Of a stretch of 64,000 nt of DNA, positions 23,556 through 35,240 are shown piece by piece. Position numbers and translations under genes: made by a program. Origin of the DNA: Leidyana gryllorum EB-2025a (taxonomy: Eukaryota > Protista > Apicomplexa); the NCBI GenBank assembly GCA_048772705.1, contig JBLWGC010000230.1:186001-250000 (forward strand), written 5' to 3'. Position 1 is the first letter of the stretch, and every line of letters begins with the position of its first letter. The notes under the pieces are model-generated. The model was not told where the DNA came from. It was given only the letters and a program-made list of their open reading frames with translations, and made no database searches.

Positions 23556-26122
23556 TCACACATTGCTTTCTGAGAACCTTGTTCGTTTCGGGCTTGCCAT
23601 TTCGCCTCCCCTCGGTGAGGCTTCGGAGATCAAGTGGACGAGTTCTGGTGATCTTTGGGTTTCGGCCACTGCAAGAGGCGTCAGTCCCATCATCTGGAAG
23701 CGAATGACAAAGGATGATGATGTGTGACAAATTGACTCACTGTGTCCCTGATCAAGGGATTAGCTCCCATCTCCAACAGTAATTTCACTAGTTCTTCATC
23801 CTTGCTTCTGGTAGCGTTAATCAGAGCGGTGTCTCCTTGCTGCAATCGAACATTTGGACACACACGTTTGGCAAACTTGGAGTGACTCACATGATCAAAG
23901 GTGTCCAATTCCGCGCCCGCGGCATGTAACCTTTGAAGAAGCCGTTTCTTCTTCTCAAAGTCCAGATATGTGTTCGATGCACATGCAGAGAACGGCGTGT
24001 AGTCATGCTGCACGGATGGTGATACATTGAGAATGAACATTTGAGCTTACGAAGTTGAGATCATTGGGATCGTAGCCTTGCTTCAGTAACGAATCCACAA
24101 TGTCCTCGTGCCCGTAGTAGGCAGCAAGATGGAGTGGAGAATTGTTGTATAACAAGTCGTAGACAGTATTGGGGGGATAAGTTGCCATGCCCAGCGAAAC
24201 ATTCGGACGATCACCTTGCTCAGCCGCCAACAAGAAGGCATCCTCAGTGATACGGCTACTACCGCCCGCAGCCACAGGAATTGGCTCGGGCTCTTTGGAT
24301 TGATCTCCTTTCAGACCATCCATAAGACGTCTTCGAGCCTTGTAGAAGCGAGTGATGAAGATCCAGCAAACGAAATTAAGGATTGCTAATCCCAAGAAAA
24401 TCCAAGCCAGAGCTCCCTGAGCCGCCAAGATGTGAAAACGGAGGAGAGTGCGGCATAACACTCACCAGGTCCCCTGCGACCATGTTGCAGGGTGCTTTTG
24501 CGGTGGTATCCAGGATGGAATGGAAGACCGGGCACTGGAAATCTTCAGCTGCGTTCGTTGAAGTGAAAGATCTGAGTTTGAAGGACAGTGTGACCCACCT
24601 TGAAACCGGGGTAGAATAGTTCTCTCGATGCCTGCAATTAGCGAGGGCATCTCGACGGGGGAGAGGCAACTGACAATGTCCTCGAACTGGGGGGGGGTGT
24701 TCTCAGAGCTGACCGAAGAAAAGTCATCAAATGGCAGTTCTTGAGCGAATTCGCGGAATTTCTTGAGGTTGGATGATTGTATCATCGATGGATTGTGGCG
24801 ACAAGTAGATTCAAAGCACACACTCTTTCCGCAGGAGGAAAATATGTCCTCCAGCTCCGCGCGGTCAATAGTGGCAGCCGCGGGTGGAACGAGCTCGTCA
24901 GGCCATGTTACGTCTCGTCCAGAGAAACAATCAGGCAATCGTTCATAACTCGTAAAACGCCAGATCCCTTCGTATTTCCACCAATTACCATTGTCCAATA
25001 AGTCGCGTTGCACAGCTCGACATAAATCCGAGGGGAAGTACAGGAAGGCGAACCCAACTCCAGAGGCCAATAATACTGCAACGATGAGATTACGTTTACG
25101 GTCAACGCGTTGATTACACAGGAGACAACTCGATGGTGGAGACGGGAGGAGACACGCCCTAGACGGCGTCTCCGTCTCCGGGGTCGAGCTCGACACCACC
25201 ACGGCAATCCACCACACACTACGAAAGATTGCTTACGAAGAGATCCCCAGAAACCGTAACCGAAGGTCAGGAATCCAGCGAAGTTGGTGCAGAATCCACC
25301 GGGCGGTTTGATCGGATTGGTATATTCTTCATAGGACCAGTAGTGGTAGAACACCAGAGGAGCGAAGACAAGACCAAGGAAAGATAAGGCCGAAACAATT
25401 ATTAAGGTCAGTGCAACTGCGAAGTATGCGGTTTCGTTGGTATGTAAGTGGTTAATTAGCGTAGTGAGGAAGTCCATGACGGTATCTACGCCGAATGCGA
25501 AAGCCGCGGGGCCCGACTGAGTGATGACCTCGAGACCCGGGAAGTCTGTAGTACCGAAGTAAACTGCGTCCACTCCTTGCGCCATTAGACATTTGGCCTT
25601 GTCCACATCTTGGAGGAAGAAGACGGAGTAGAGGATCGCCATTGCAACCAAAAATAAGGCAATGGGCCCCAAGGAGACCCCTGTCCACAGGGCACAACCA
25701 AGGTCCGTCCGAGGACGCTTCCAAGCAAAGGGACAACAGCGCCGGCGTAGCCACTTGAAACACATTAAGGGTAAGAAGAAGAAGACGACGATCAACAACC
25801 ACAAGATTGCCAAGCCAGCCATCACTTCACCCCAGAGGATGTATGTATGAGTTTCACCGCGACCAATGCCGTCGCGGTACAGCCATCGCAGATCGTTGAG
25901 GTATGTTACATCGCGTTGTCCCATAACCTTCTTAGCGAAAGAGTTGCTGGGTGCTACGAGCGAGATCGCCCGCAACAGCCCTTCGGCAACAACATTGCTC
26001 CGGTATTCGGCGGGTTCGTAAGCCCCCTCGCACGAATACACAGTTGCAAGTTGCTCGCGCGCCTCCACGCTTGCAGTAAACAACAGGAGAAGCCCCACTA
26101 AAAGGCTCCAGACTGTTCTCAT
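23556..26122 (-). CDS. Signal peptide + ~5-TM protein with C-terminal ankyrin repeats, multi-exon
   Basis: Signal MRTVWSLLVGLLLLFTASVEA and hydrophobic segments with a Cys-rich loop (CFKWLRRRCCP). Ankyrin motifs: NSPLHLAAYYGHEDIVDSLLKQG and GDTALINA...LVKLLLEMGANP. Confidence 0.75.
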
Positions 26123-26274
26123 TATGACTTCAGTGAGCCCAAAAGGAAGTGATAGAGATCCAAAAAATGTCGGCCTATGACCCAGTACACTAGAAAAGCA
26201 AGCAACCTGCCATCTCAACCCAAACAGAGCCTAGTAGTTTTTCCCAATTAAACTGCGTGTCTTCTTGCCTGCCC

Positions 26275-29200
26275 ATGCTGCCATTCATTCTAGCTGCGGT
26301 GGCTCTCGCCGCTCCACAAGTACGCTGTCGCACACACACTCACCCAGAGACGTGTTCAGGCAAACATCCTCACGGCCCGCATCGAGTCCACAGGCGCTGC
26401 TGCAACGGCCTTGTCCGGCCTCTCTAGCACGGTAGAAGAGCGGCTCGACAGCTACGATGTCTTCCGTTTGCATAGTGTTAGCGACGAACCCGTTTGGGTG
26501 AGCTAGCCAGACAGACAGACTGCTTTTCATTCTCGCAGATAGAGTTTGAGGTCCCAGAGATCAAGGTCCGACCAACCTACAAGACTTCTTCTTTCCACGC
26601 CGAATCTGCCACTAGTTCGACCACATCGTCCCCGACCACCTATTCGTCGGCGCATTCCACTTCAACACTTCGCTCTGATGACTCTCAACCGCCTGTAACA
26701 GCTCCCACGGTCGACCCGGACGATGCGAACGACTATACGGAGCCGGAGCTGACTACTGAGTTTGAGGACGAAGACGAAGAAGAGCCACCCGTACGGATCC
26801 AACCACCTCCGATAGAATCCACCGAGCCTTCGTATGCGGACAAGGGGGTTTTGGAAGAGGAGGCAGAAGGACAGGAGGATGACGGAGACTTTGACATCGA
26901 ACCGGTCGCAATCCCCGAGAGATCATCCGGACGCCGAATTGTTCACTTCGACCCGTTCCCCGGAGGGTCCACTTTTGCTGCGCTTTCTCCCGCGATGCGG
27001 AGCTTGAAGACCGGCTCTTCTACAGATCACAAGCTACTGCAAGCCGCAGCAGCAGCTCACGCAAAACCCTCCAAAGGCCGGAGTCCGCATCGACGGAATG
27101 GGTCAGCGGAGTCTTTCGATGAACGGCCAGATGGGTATGCGTTCGACGCAAGCGCCTTTCGACGGGCGACAGAGCTCAAAGGATATGTCAGGGCCTCGGC
27201 TGCACATCGTACTATGCTGGCTGCTCCCTACATACTCGCAAACAAAATCCGACAAGACAAAACCCACAGACTGATCGTCAAAATGAAGGAGTCTGGAGGA
27301 GTGCCTTCTGATCGCAATATGAGAGTGCTTCGCTCCCTTCCTTCTTCCTCCTCCCCCGCCGTCCGCAACACTACCATACTGAGAGAGCTTCCCTACTTGA
27401 TGGTTGACTTTTGGCCGGATTCCGATCATCAGGCGTGGGCTTCGGTTGCCCGAGAGATCTTGTTGGATCGTAACGTTGAATATGTCGAGGCGGACACTGC
27501 CGTCAATCTCCAATATCCCGTTTCGCAAATGGCAGCGTCGAACGACGAAGGCTCCAAGCAGACAGGGCGGAGCTCAGGCGAAAAGTGCCAAGAACTCGCC
27601 ACTGATAAAGCTGCCCTTGAGCATTCGGAGGGAAACCCCAGTGAACCCTCAAGTAGGCTCGTAACATTTGCATCACCGCCTTTTTGCCGCAGAGATCGCC
27701 AGCTTCAGGGACCCTATCGTGATTTCGGAAACCGAACGATTGGTCGAACGGCCAAATGACCCTCTTTGGCCTCTGCAATGGTATCTGCCCTGGGCGAATA
27801 CACACAAAGCCTGGCGGACTCATCGAGGCGACGAAGAAGGGGCGTTTCGACCGATTGTGTGTGTCGTAGACACAGGAATAGACTATACGCACCCCGATCT
27901 GCAACAGAATCTATGGGTCAATGAAGCTGAGCTAAATGGCAAGCCCGGTGTGGACGATGATGGTGAGCGGCGAGTGATGTCAGTCAGCATTGATTATTTG
28001 GATCGATAGGCAATGGATACATTGACGACATATATGGGATTAACGCAATGCTCGAAACTGGCGACCCAATGGACGACAATAGTCACGGAACTCACTGCTC
28101 AGGAGTTGTGGGGGCAGTGGGGGATAACAAAATCGGGATTGTGGGCGTCAATCGGAATGCCCTTTTGATGGGCTGCAAATTCCTTGGGTCGGATGGCGGG
28201 GTGAGCAGGGGTAGCGCGCGCGAGAATATGTTGTTTTTAGGGTGCTGTCTCCAATGCTGTCAAGTGCATTGACTATGCCATTCGGATGGGAGTGCACGTT
28301 CTCTCTAACAGCTGGGGAGGCGGTGGTTCCCGATCACTGCGGGAGTCTGTGAGTCGAAGTCAAAAGAAGGGTTTGGTTTTCGTGGCTGCAGCAGGGAACT
28401 TGTATCAGAACAACGATGTGGTTCCAACATACCCTGCGAACTATGACGCTGACAATATAATAAGTGTGGCCAGTGTGGACCAGCGAGGACTATCTCCGTT
28501 TTCTAACTACGGTATCCGAACAGTTCATGTGGCAGCACCAGGCAGTTCCATCTTATCGACCGTGAAGAACGAGAGTTACGCTACTTTGAGTGGAACCTCC
28601 ATGGCCTGTCCAGCAGTTGCGGGGTTAGCGTCTCTGATCAAGTCGGCCAGTCCGGATTTGGGTTACCGAGAGATCAAGGAGGCCATCCGGTTATCAGCGA
28701 GACCCTTTGCAAACTTGAAGAATATGCTGAGTTGGGGCGGAGTGGTGGACCATGAGAAGGCTTTAGAGATTGTCGGAGGACCAGGCTGGTATCGGCCTAT
28801 ACCGTCGTGGAGTTATTTCTTCAAACCAATGAGGTTGGAACCCGGACAAGAGCTGAAAATACCTTTCGCTTTCTTCGGTTTGGAACGAGGACAGTACACA
28901 TCAAACTTTACCGTGATTGCGACAACAATATCGAGCCGAGATGTACAAACCGTGACGGTTCCTGTAACGCTGAATGTTGAAGTTTACCCCCGACTGAATA
29001 TGACACCTATCCCTCATCAACTGGTTATCCCGAGCTTGCGGAATCAAGTCAGTCTGCCTGTGCGTATTCCGTTGAAGAACAGAGGAAGTGGCACTGTGAA
29101 AGTGCAAGTGAGCACTACTGATCACGACCCGGAATCTCATCCGTCGTCTCTCATTATGGATGTGGCCAACAACACTGTCTTCAATGTGACTGTGGAAGAA

Positions 29201-30668
29201 AGTTCCAGTTTCTCACTACAATGTGCTATGGGGAAGGAGGTCAAAGACAGCTATCATCACGTGGAGCTCACCATCACCGAGGGCCCCCCACACTCTCCAC
29301 CACGCAAGCATCAGATCGAAGCTGTTTGTCGCTCTTACTCTGTCACACCGGTCCCCTCGAGACTCATCAGTGGTCAGTCCACGTCCAACGTTTCTTCGGC
29401 CGCCCAATCGACCTCGGCCACCTCTTCCGTCGCCCCAGCAGAAATGCCCAACGCCGGAGACACACTTCGGGGAGCTCCAGTGCGTCTCGTTGAACCCACT
29501 CTCCTGCCAACAGCAAACGAGACTGTGGCCGGTCGTCCCCGCGACCGGTCGGTGCGCAGCTCCTTTGTGCTGAGTGTTATGCGCGACGAGATGCCCAAAG
29601 CAATGAGTCACGGACGAGTCAACGTATTGGGCCAATTTATTCCACAGGATACAGATCTGCTGACACAAAGCCGTGGCAAAGAGTATAAGCCACGGGTATG
29701 GATTAGCCGCCACTTTAAGTATGTCGATGTCACCCGTCTGGCGACGGGGGTCTGTGAGGCTCAAGACGAGGATCTGATGCCCTCGTCTCAACCAGATCTC
29801 CTGGAGTTAGAGCTGAACCGTCCGTTTCCCGGATGGAAGTTAACAGAGTTAGCGGCACTGAGACGAGCCGACGACGGGCGACAGAGCTATGCCCTAAGCG
29901 TTTTCAATGCCACCTTCTTCGGGGAGAGACAGGACCAGATTCATGTCTCGCCCAATGGGTTCTTCGCCTTTGATCTATGGGAACACGCACACGACTGGAA
30001 TCCAACACTGAGTTCTGAAGAGTCTCCGAACGGAGTGGTGGCTCCCCTGTGGATGGATTTGGTGGTGGGGAGCAGTGCTCACTCGGGAGTGTTTGTGTTG
30101 GAGACGCCAGATTTCCTGATAGTGCAGTGGCAAGGACTTACAGCATACACCGATTCTCCCCGAGGAGATTACAGTTTCCAGGCGATTATGTTGGCAACAG
30201 GCGACATTATCTTCGCTTACAAAGAGATTCAGAATCTAGAAAACGCTCAGGTGAATTGGGATGTTGGGTGATGGGAGTCGAGCTCATATATATATATATA
30301 TGTGATTTTATGTTCAGATCGGCCTCAAAAGTATTGATGCACAGTATCGGAGGAAGGCACCGAATCACAAGCTTTCCATCGCAGCTTTGATGGCAGGAAA
30401 CATAGTGTATTCGCCGACGAGTTTATCTTTGCCGAGTGTGAACTTGACGTCTCCATTTGCTTTTGAAGCTACTCAAGCTTCATATGACTTGGGAGACATA
30501 GATCAATCAACGCCGATCAAAGAGTTTTCTTGTGCTCACGAAGCTGGGATCAGTGGCGAAATTCGGATATTGATGGCTAATCCTGTGACACACGAGTTGG
30601 CTCCGTTGACTATTCAAGTGTCTCCCGAGTTTTCCACCAGGGCGCATCACGCTCATCTGGACACATAG
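26275..30668 (+). CDS. Secreted subtilisin-like S8 protease with long prodomain and C-terminal beta-rich extension, multi-exon; 3' end approximate
   Basis: Signal MLPFILAAVALAA. Catalytic triad VVDTGIDYTHPDL, HGTHCSG and SGTSMACP; oxyanion AAAGN. Confidence 0.92.
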
Positions 30669-31295
30669 CGGGTCCTTCTTCTTCTCCTGTCGACGGTTCA
30701 GCTCCATCAACACAAAGTCCCTGATCGAAGTCCCAATGGCACGGGAGAGGTTCGTAACCCTCTCGGGGGTTATAGCCCAGCTCATGGCGGCAGTCGAAGC
30801 AGGTCTTCCGCAGAGCACAAGGAGCTTGCGCTGGAGACTTCACCTGCCAAGAACGTATGCTCGAATAGTGTCAATCAAAAACCATACCAAGATCCACCCT
30901 TTGGGGCAAGTTAGTCCCAACTCTGTACACCAACCTGCGTCCCAGTCGGCATCGGGTGGCATGCACCACCCAACGCATCCAGTGTCAGGTGCCTTGCGGC
31001 TCCAGATTATCGCCGCCATGTCCAAACATTGGATCGGGGTGAAGTTGCGACACGCCAATCCATGTACCTGAGCCACCACTTTCTCACCCAATGGGCATCT
31101 TGCCACATCTCTCTCGATACATTGGCGAGACTCCGGACACCATCCACCACACTTCACTGGGGAATTCCAGCTTTGATAGGAGTTCAGAGGTGAGACAAAC
31201 AGACAACTATTGCGATCACGCCGATTGCAACCAGTGTCAAGCACTGCAGATCGCGCAACACTGCCCAACAGCAGTATCCCGGCAAAGATTCTCAT
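30610..31295 (-). CDS. Small secreted Cys-rich protein with three PSI-like repeats; one intron at ~30844-30885
   Basis: Signal MRIFAGILLLGSVARS. Repeats: C..SC...CGGWC...C, C...QC...CVGWC...WC and C..TCFDC...CHW....C. Confidence 0.65.
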
Positions 31296-31299
31296 CTCA

Positions 31300-34200
31300 C
31301 TGGCCTTAGACGAGCTTGAGCCTGACTTCCTGAGTTACCTTGCAAAAAATTTACCTCCCTCATCAGCTCCACTCCTCTACCGTCATCTTTCTCATGTTCA
31401 TCCTAACTGTACACTGGCTTACTCAAAAGCAGGTTTGCCTATGACATTCGCGCCGCTCGCTGTCGTCGTAACCACATCCATAGACACTCTCGGCGACTCT
31501 GTCGAAGGAGTAGCCACCCCTTTGTTCTCCCGAGGTGGCAGCCCAGGGGGACCACAGCACTGTAACAGACTCAACGCCAAAAACGTCCCGGCAACGGCTG
31601 CAATGAACACCCGCTGCCCCAACGAATAGTGACTCGCACTCGAGGGAGGAGGTACCACCTACGTGCACAAAACAAACAGATCGATCATCACTCATCTGCC
31701 CCTAGACACTTACCGATCGCGAGCACACCGCTTTTTCAACGAATTGGAGAAGGGCTCGAATTTGATCATCGCGGTCTCTCTCGCTCTCTTTCAGATCCCC
31801 GGACCGCAGTCGTGTTAACGTACAATTGTACTCTACTGACCGATCTGCCGTGTAAGCCTTGAATGTATGCCCCGGACCGCAACCAAACGGTGAGTGTGAC
31901 GCAGACACTGCGAATGTGCTGCAACAAAAACTCTCAGCATAAACCTTAATGACTCACCGCGATGCGAATGGATTGAGGAATGTTCGTGGTTGATGGTGCG
32001 CTCGGAGTTGTTTGGCGCAATCTTGGTGACTCTGTCAGCACGTTCCATTACATTTCGTGTCAAACATTCTCTCACATCGATATACAGCGGCACGTCCTTC
32101 TGGAGGTCTGGGAAGCACAGAGTTCCCGATATCGACCAGTGACTGCCAGACGTTTCGTGGGGGATCGCTACAAAGTATCCCATAGAGGCCACCAGCGCAT
32201 CCAGTGCGACATCGTCAGCTACTCCGGGTGGCGCACTTTCGCCCAGACGACGAGTCAGACGCAGTTGAGAGGGCGACAACAGATGCAGGGCCTTTCCAGG
32301 TGGGAAAACGCATACATAGGGTAGGGGCATTTCGGTCACTTCATGTTTCGTCTGAACAATTGTGAAGATATCAATCTTCTCCCCACCCTCAACTTACTCT
32401 GACCGTCGCCAGCGGCGCCTGCGCGATCAATTTGTGACTCCCTGCGAGGTGATTACACAAAGGTCCCCAGATTTTGAGCTCACGTTTGTGGGCGGGCCCA
32501 AACTCGGCAAAGGCATTCAAAACTCGGCCGCGTAACTCTTGGAGGGGTATCGAAATATCAGACTCAAATACGCCATCTTGTACGGGGAAAGTCCCAAGCG
32601 GCTCAGTTTCGTCCGCTCGGCCTCCCCGTTTGGCGGACCAAAGGCTCCGTCGTACCACGACGGATACATTGAAGGGCTCACCATTATCCTTCTAAGAGCG
32701 GAGATACGTTGCAGTTTCAAAGGTCGATCGGTTTGTTACCTCAACCGTCGAGCAGCCAACACAGCGCAGCGTGCACTTGGCGGGCTGAAATCCGAGTGGA
32801 TTGGGTACACATAATACGTCAGCGCTGCCGACCGCGACTTGAGAACGCACTTTCGGGCGCGAAGTCCGTTTTACATAAATGGGTAAATTCGCCACCAATT
32901 TGACATCCTCGGATAAGTATCCGATCGGTTGTCGGGGGAAGAACCTGTAGCGAACGAGCAGAGCAGACTGTCCAAACAAAATCACTTGCGTCCATCGCTC
33001 ACTGTTCCCGGTGAGAGAGTATCCGACTGCCATCCCACCCGGCAACGCGGTGGGCTTCTGTGGTGCGCGACCGTACCAGATGTGATACGGGCGGTCTGAG
33101 TGGATCTGGATTCTTCTGCTCAGCCCAGTCCTGGTCGAAGGTGGCGGCGACTCTCAACGTGCCTCTCTTGTGAGAGGTGGGTAGAATCACATGAATTCCT
33201 GACTGAGGTATGGCACATAAGCCGTCTCTGGCGACGTACTTACCCCGTGGCGGTAGGCCATCAATACCACTCAATCCGCCGCATCGTCCCCTTTTGGGCA
33301 ATCGATACAGCACTGGAACACACGCATTTCAAAGGGGACTGTCTGTCTGTCTCACCTTCGGAGCCGCTGCCAGTGTCAAGCAGAACCTGCAGGGTGCTGA
33401 TCCTCTCCATGCACGATGTCAGCGCGCAGAACTTACTCGAGGACCTCGCAACCCAAGGGGAAAATGGTCAGTTCAGTCGAAGCTTCTCCATTTAACTCTA
33501 TATCGAAGCAGAATGTGTGATGCCAACTAGTTAGCACTCACCGAGATTCGCGTAAGTAGTGGAGGCTCTCAGGGCTGCCGCCGCATCCTCACGAGTGACA
33601 TTAGTTTCACTCAGCGGCTGAACAACAACGTCCTCGATCTCCGCCTCCGACGTTCTCATCATGATGACCAGCTCCGGGCGGAGCATTTCGAGATACTTCA
33701 CGATCAATCGAAGATTACGGGCCACATGACCATCGAGACTGCCACTGCGTGGACGGGAAGGACACAAACTCTGTCTTACATGTCCATTCGCTCAACATCT
33801 TCGGATGATCCATATGCCGATTTCGGCACGTTCTTGGCATCGTCTGTCTCAACTAGCATTAAAGGGAACATTAGATGAGGATCCGGAAAAGCTTTAGTCT
33901 TCGGAGGGGGGCTTTGCAACGTTCGGTTGCAGGGCTGAGGTGACAAACATCGTGCTCGCCCTCATCACTCCACCGACGTACCCCTATTGGATCTGGAGAA
34001 GGTTCCCAACCCCCTCCGTAAGCCCAGTCTTCAGGGCCGCCTCGCACCGGGTACACCAAATCGCTCGTGGCTCCGATAGGATAGAACCAATACAACGGAT
34101 CTGTTCCATTGTATTGGTACAGAGCCTCTTCGGCCTCTGTGACTCGTTGTGTAGCATCCTTGGCATGCAGGTGTTTGGCGTCCTCGGCAGCAACCGTTGA

Positions 34201-35205
34201 AGCCGCTTGTGCGTACATCCCAGCAGCCCGTTGTATAATGCGAGCCAACGATCTCTGTGCAAGTACCACCAAAATCAATGTATACTCCGTTCAACACCAT
34301 CTTCTTACGAAGGCCTCTTCGTCAGGAGCTTCGGTACTCTTGCTTTTCTCCTCCTGGTGATCCTTCCGAACGTGGTTTACAGATCCCCACGGATATGTGA
34401 GGGAGCGCATCCCCCCGTGAAATGTGATACCTCCATGGAAGAGCTTTTTATGGAGGGCAGCGTCGATTATGCGCGCCTGTGTGACATCACACATCCAATG
34501 GATCTGCACAAACTCGGCCTTACAGTGTTCGTCTGGAAGCACTTCGAATTGGTGTACGGGAAGTCTCTGTTTGGATCCAAGTCCATATCCGTCTACGGGA
34601 GGAGTGATGAGGACATTTGCCAGGGAGACACGGCACACACGATGTGTCGAACACACAGCCAACAATGCAATGCAGCCAGATATCATCGACAGAGTGTGCA
34701 GCTCAGTCACCCGTTTGTCAAATGAGTAACCTTGGGCGTTCGCGAACGGGATCATCCACAAGTCGCGCCGGGAGAAAAGCCATTCAAAATAGGGCTCCCC
34801 CGCTTGGAGCTTATCGAGGAGGTATCTGGCGGTCTCCAGCGTGAGCACTGGTCCCAATCGTTCGTCGCCATGAACTGCCCCAGAGACAAAAAGTGCAGGC
34901 CTCTCCAACGGTGCTTCAACATTCTTGGTGAGGTTGCTGGTGACCTTGAGGATATACGATAAACAAGGCCTGGGTGAGATGAGCTGACTTTGTGCAGCCA
35001 TTAGGGTCCCTTACTGCCCGGCCGCACAATTCCAGCCCGGTATGAGGTCAACACCTTCCAGAGCATCATCCACCGATAAACCTTTGCCTTGATGCGACTT
35101 GTTTAAGCTACCGATATCCTCCAGCAACTCTGCATAGTCACGAGGGGCAAATTCCCGGCCACTTGCCGCCAGTACGGCAATCCACCACCACCGCACTTGG
35201 AGCAT
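31300..35205 (-). CDS. M14 zinc carboxypeptidase with C-terminal TM, multi-exon; 3' end approximate
   Basis: Signal peptide, SGAVHGDERLG (HxxE), IPFANAQGY, ITFHGG (Zn His), YPWG and YPVRGGPEDWAY. TM segment VFIAAVAGTFLALSLL. Confidence 0.85.
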
Positions 35206-35240
35206 AACCCAAATTCTTTCAGCATGTCGGTGACCAGAGC

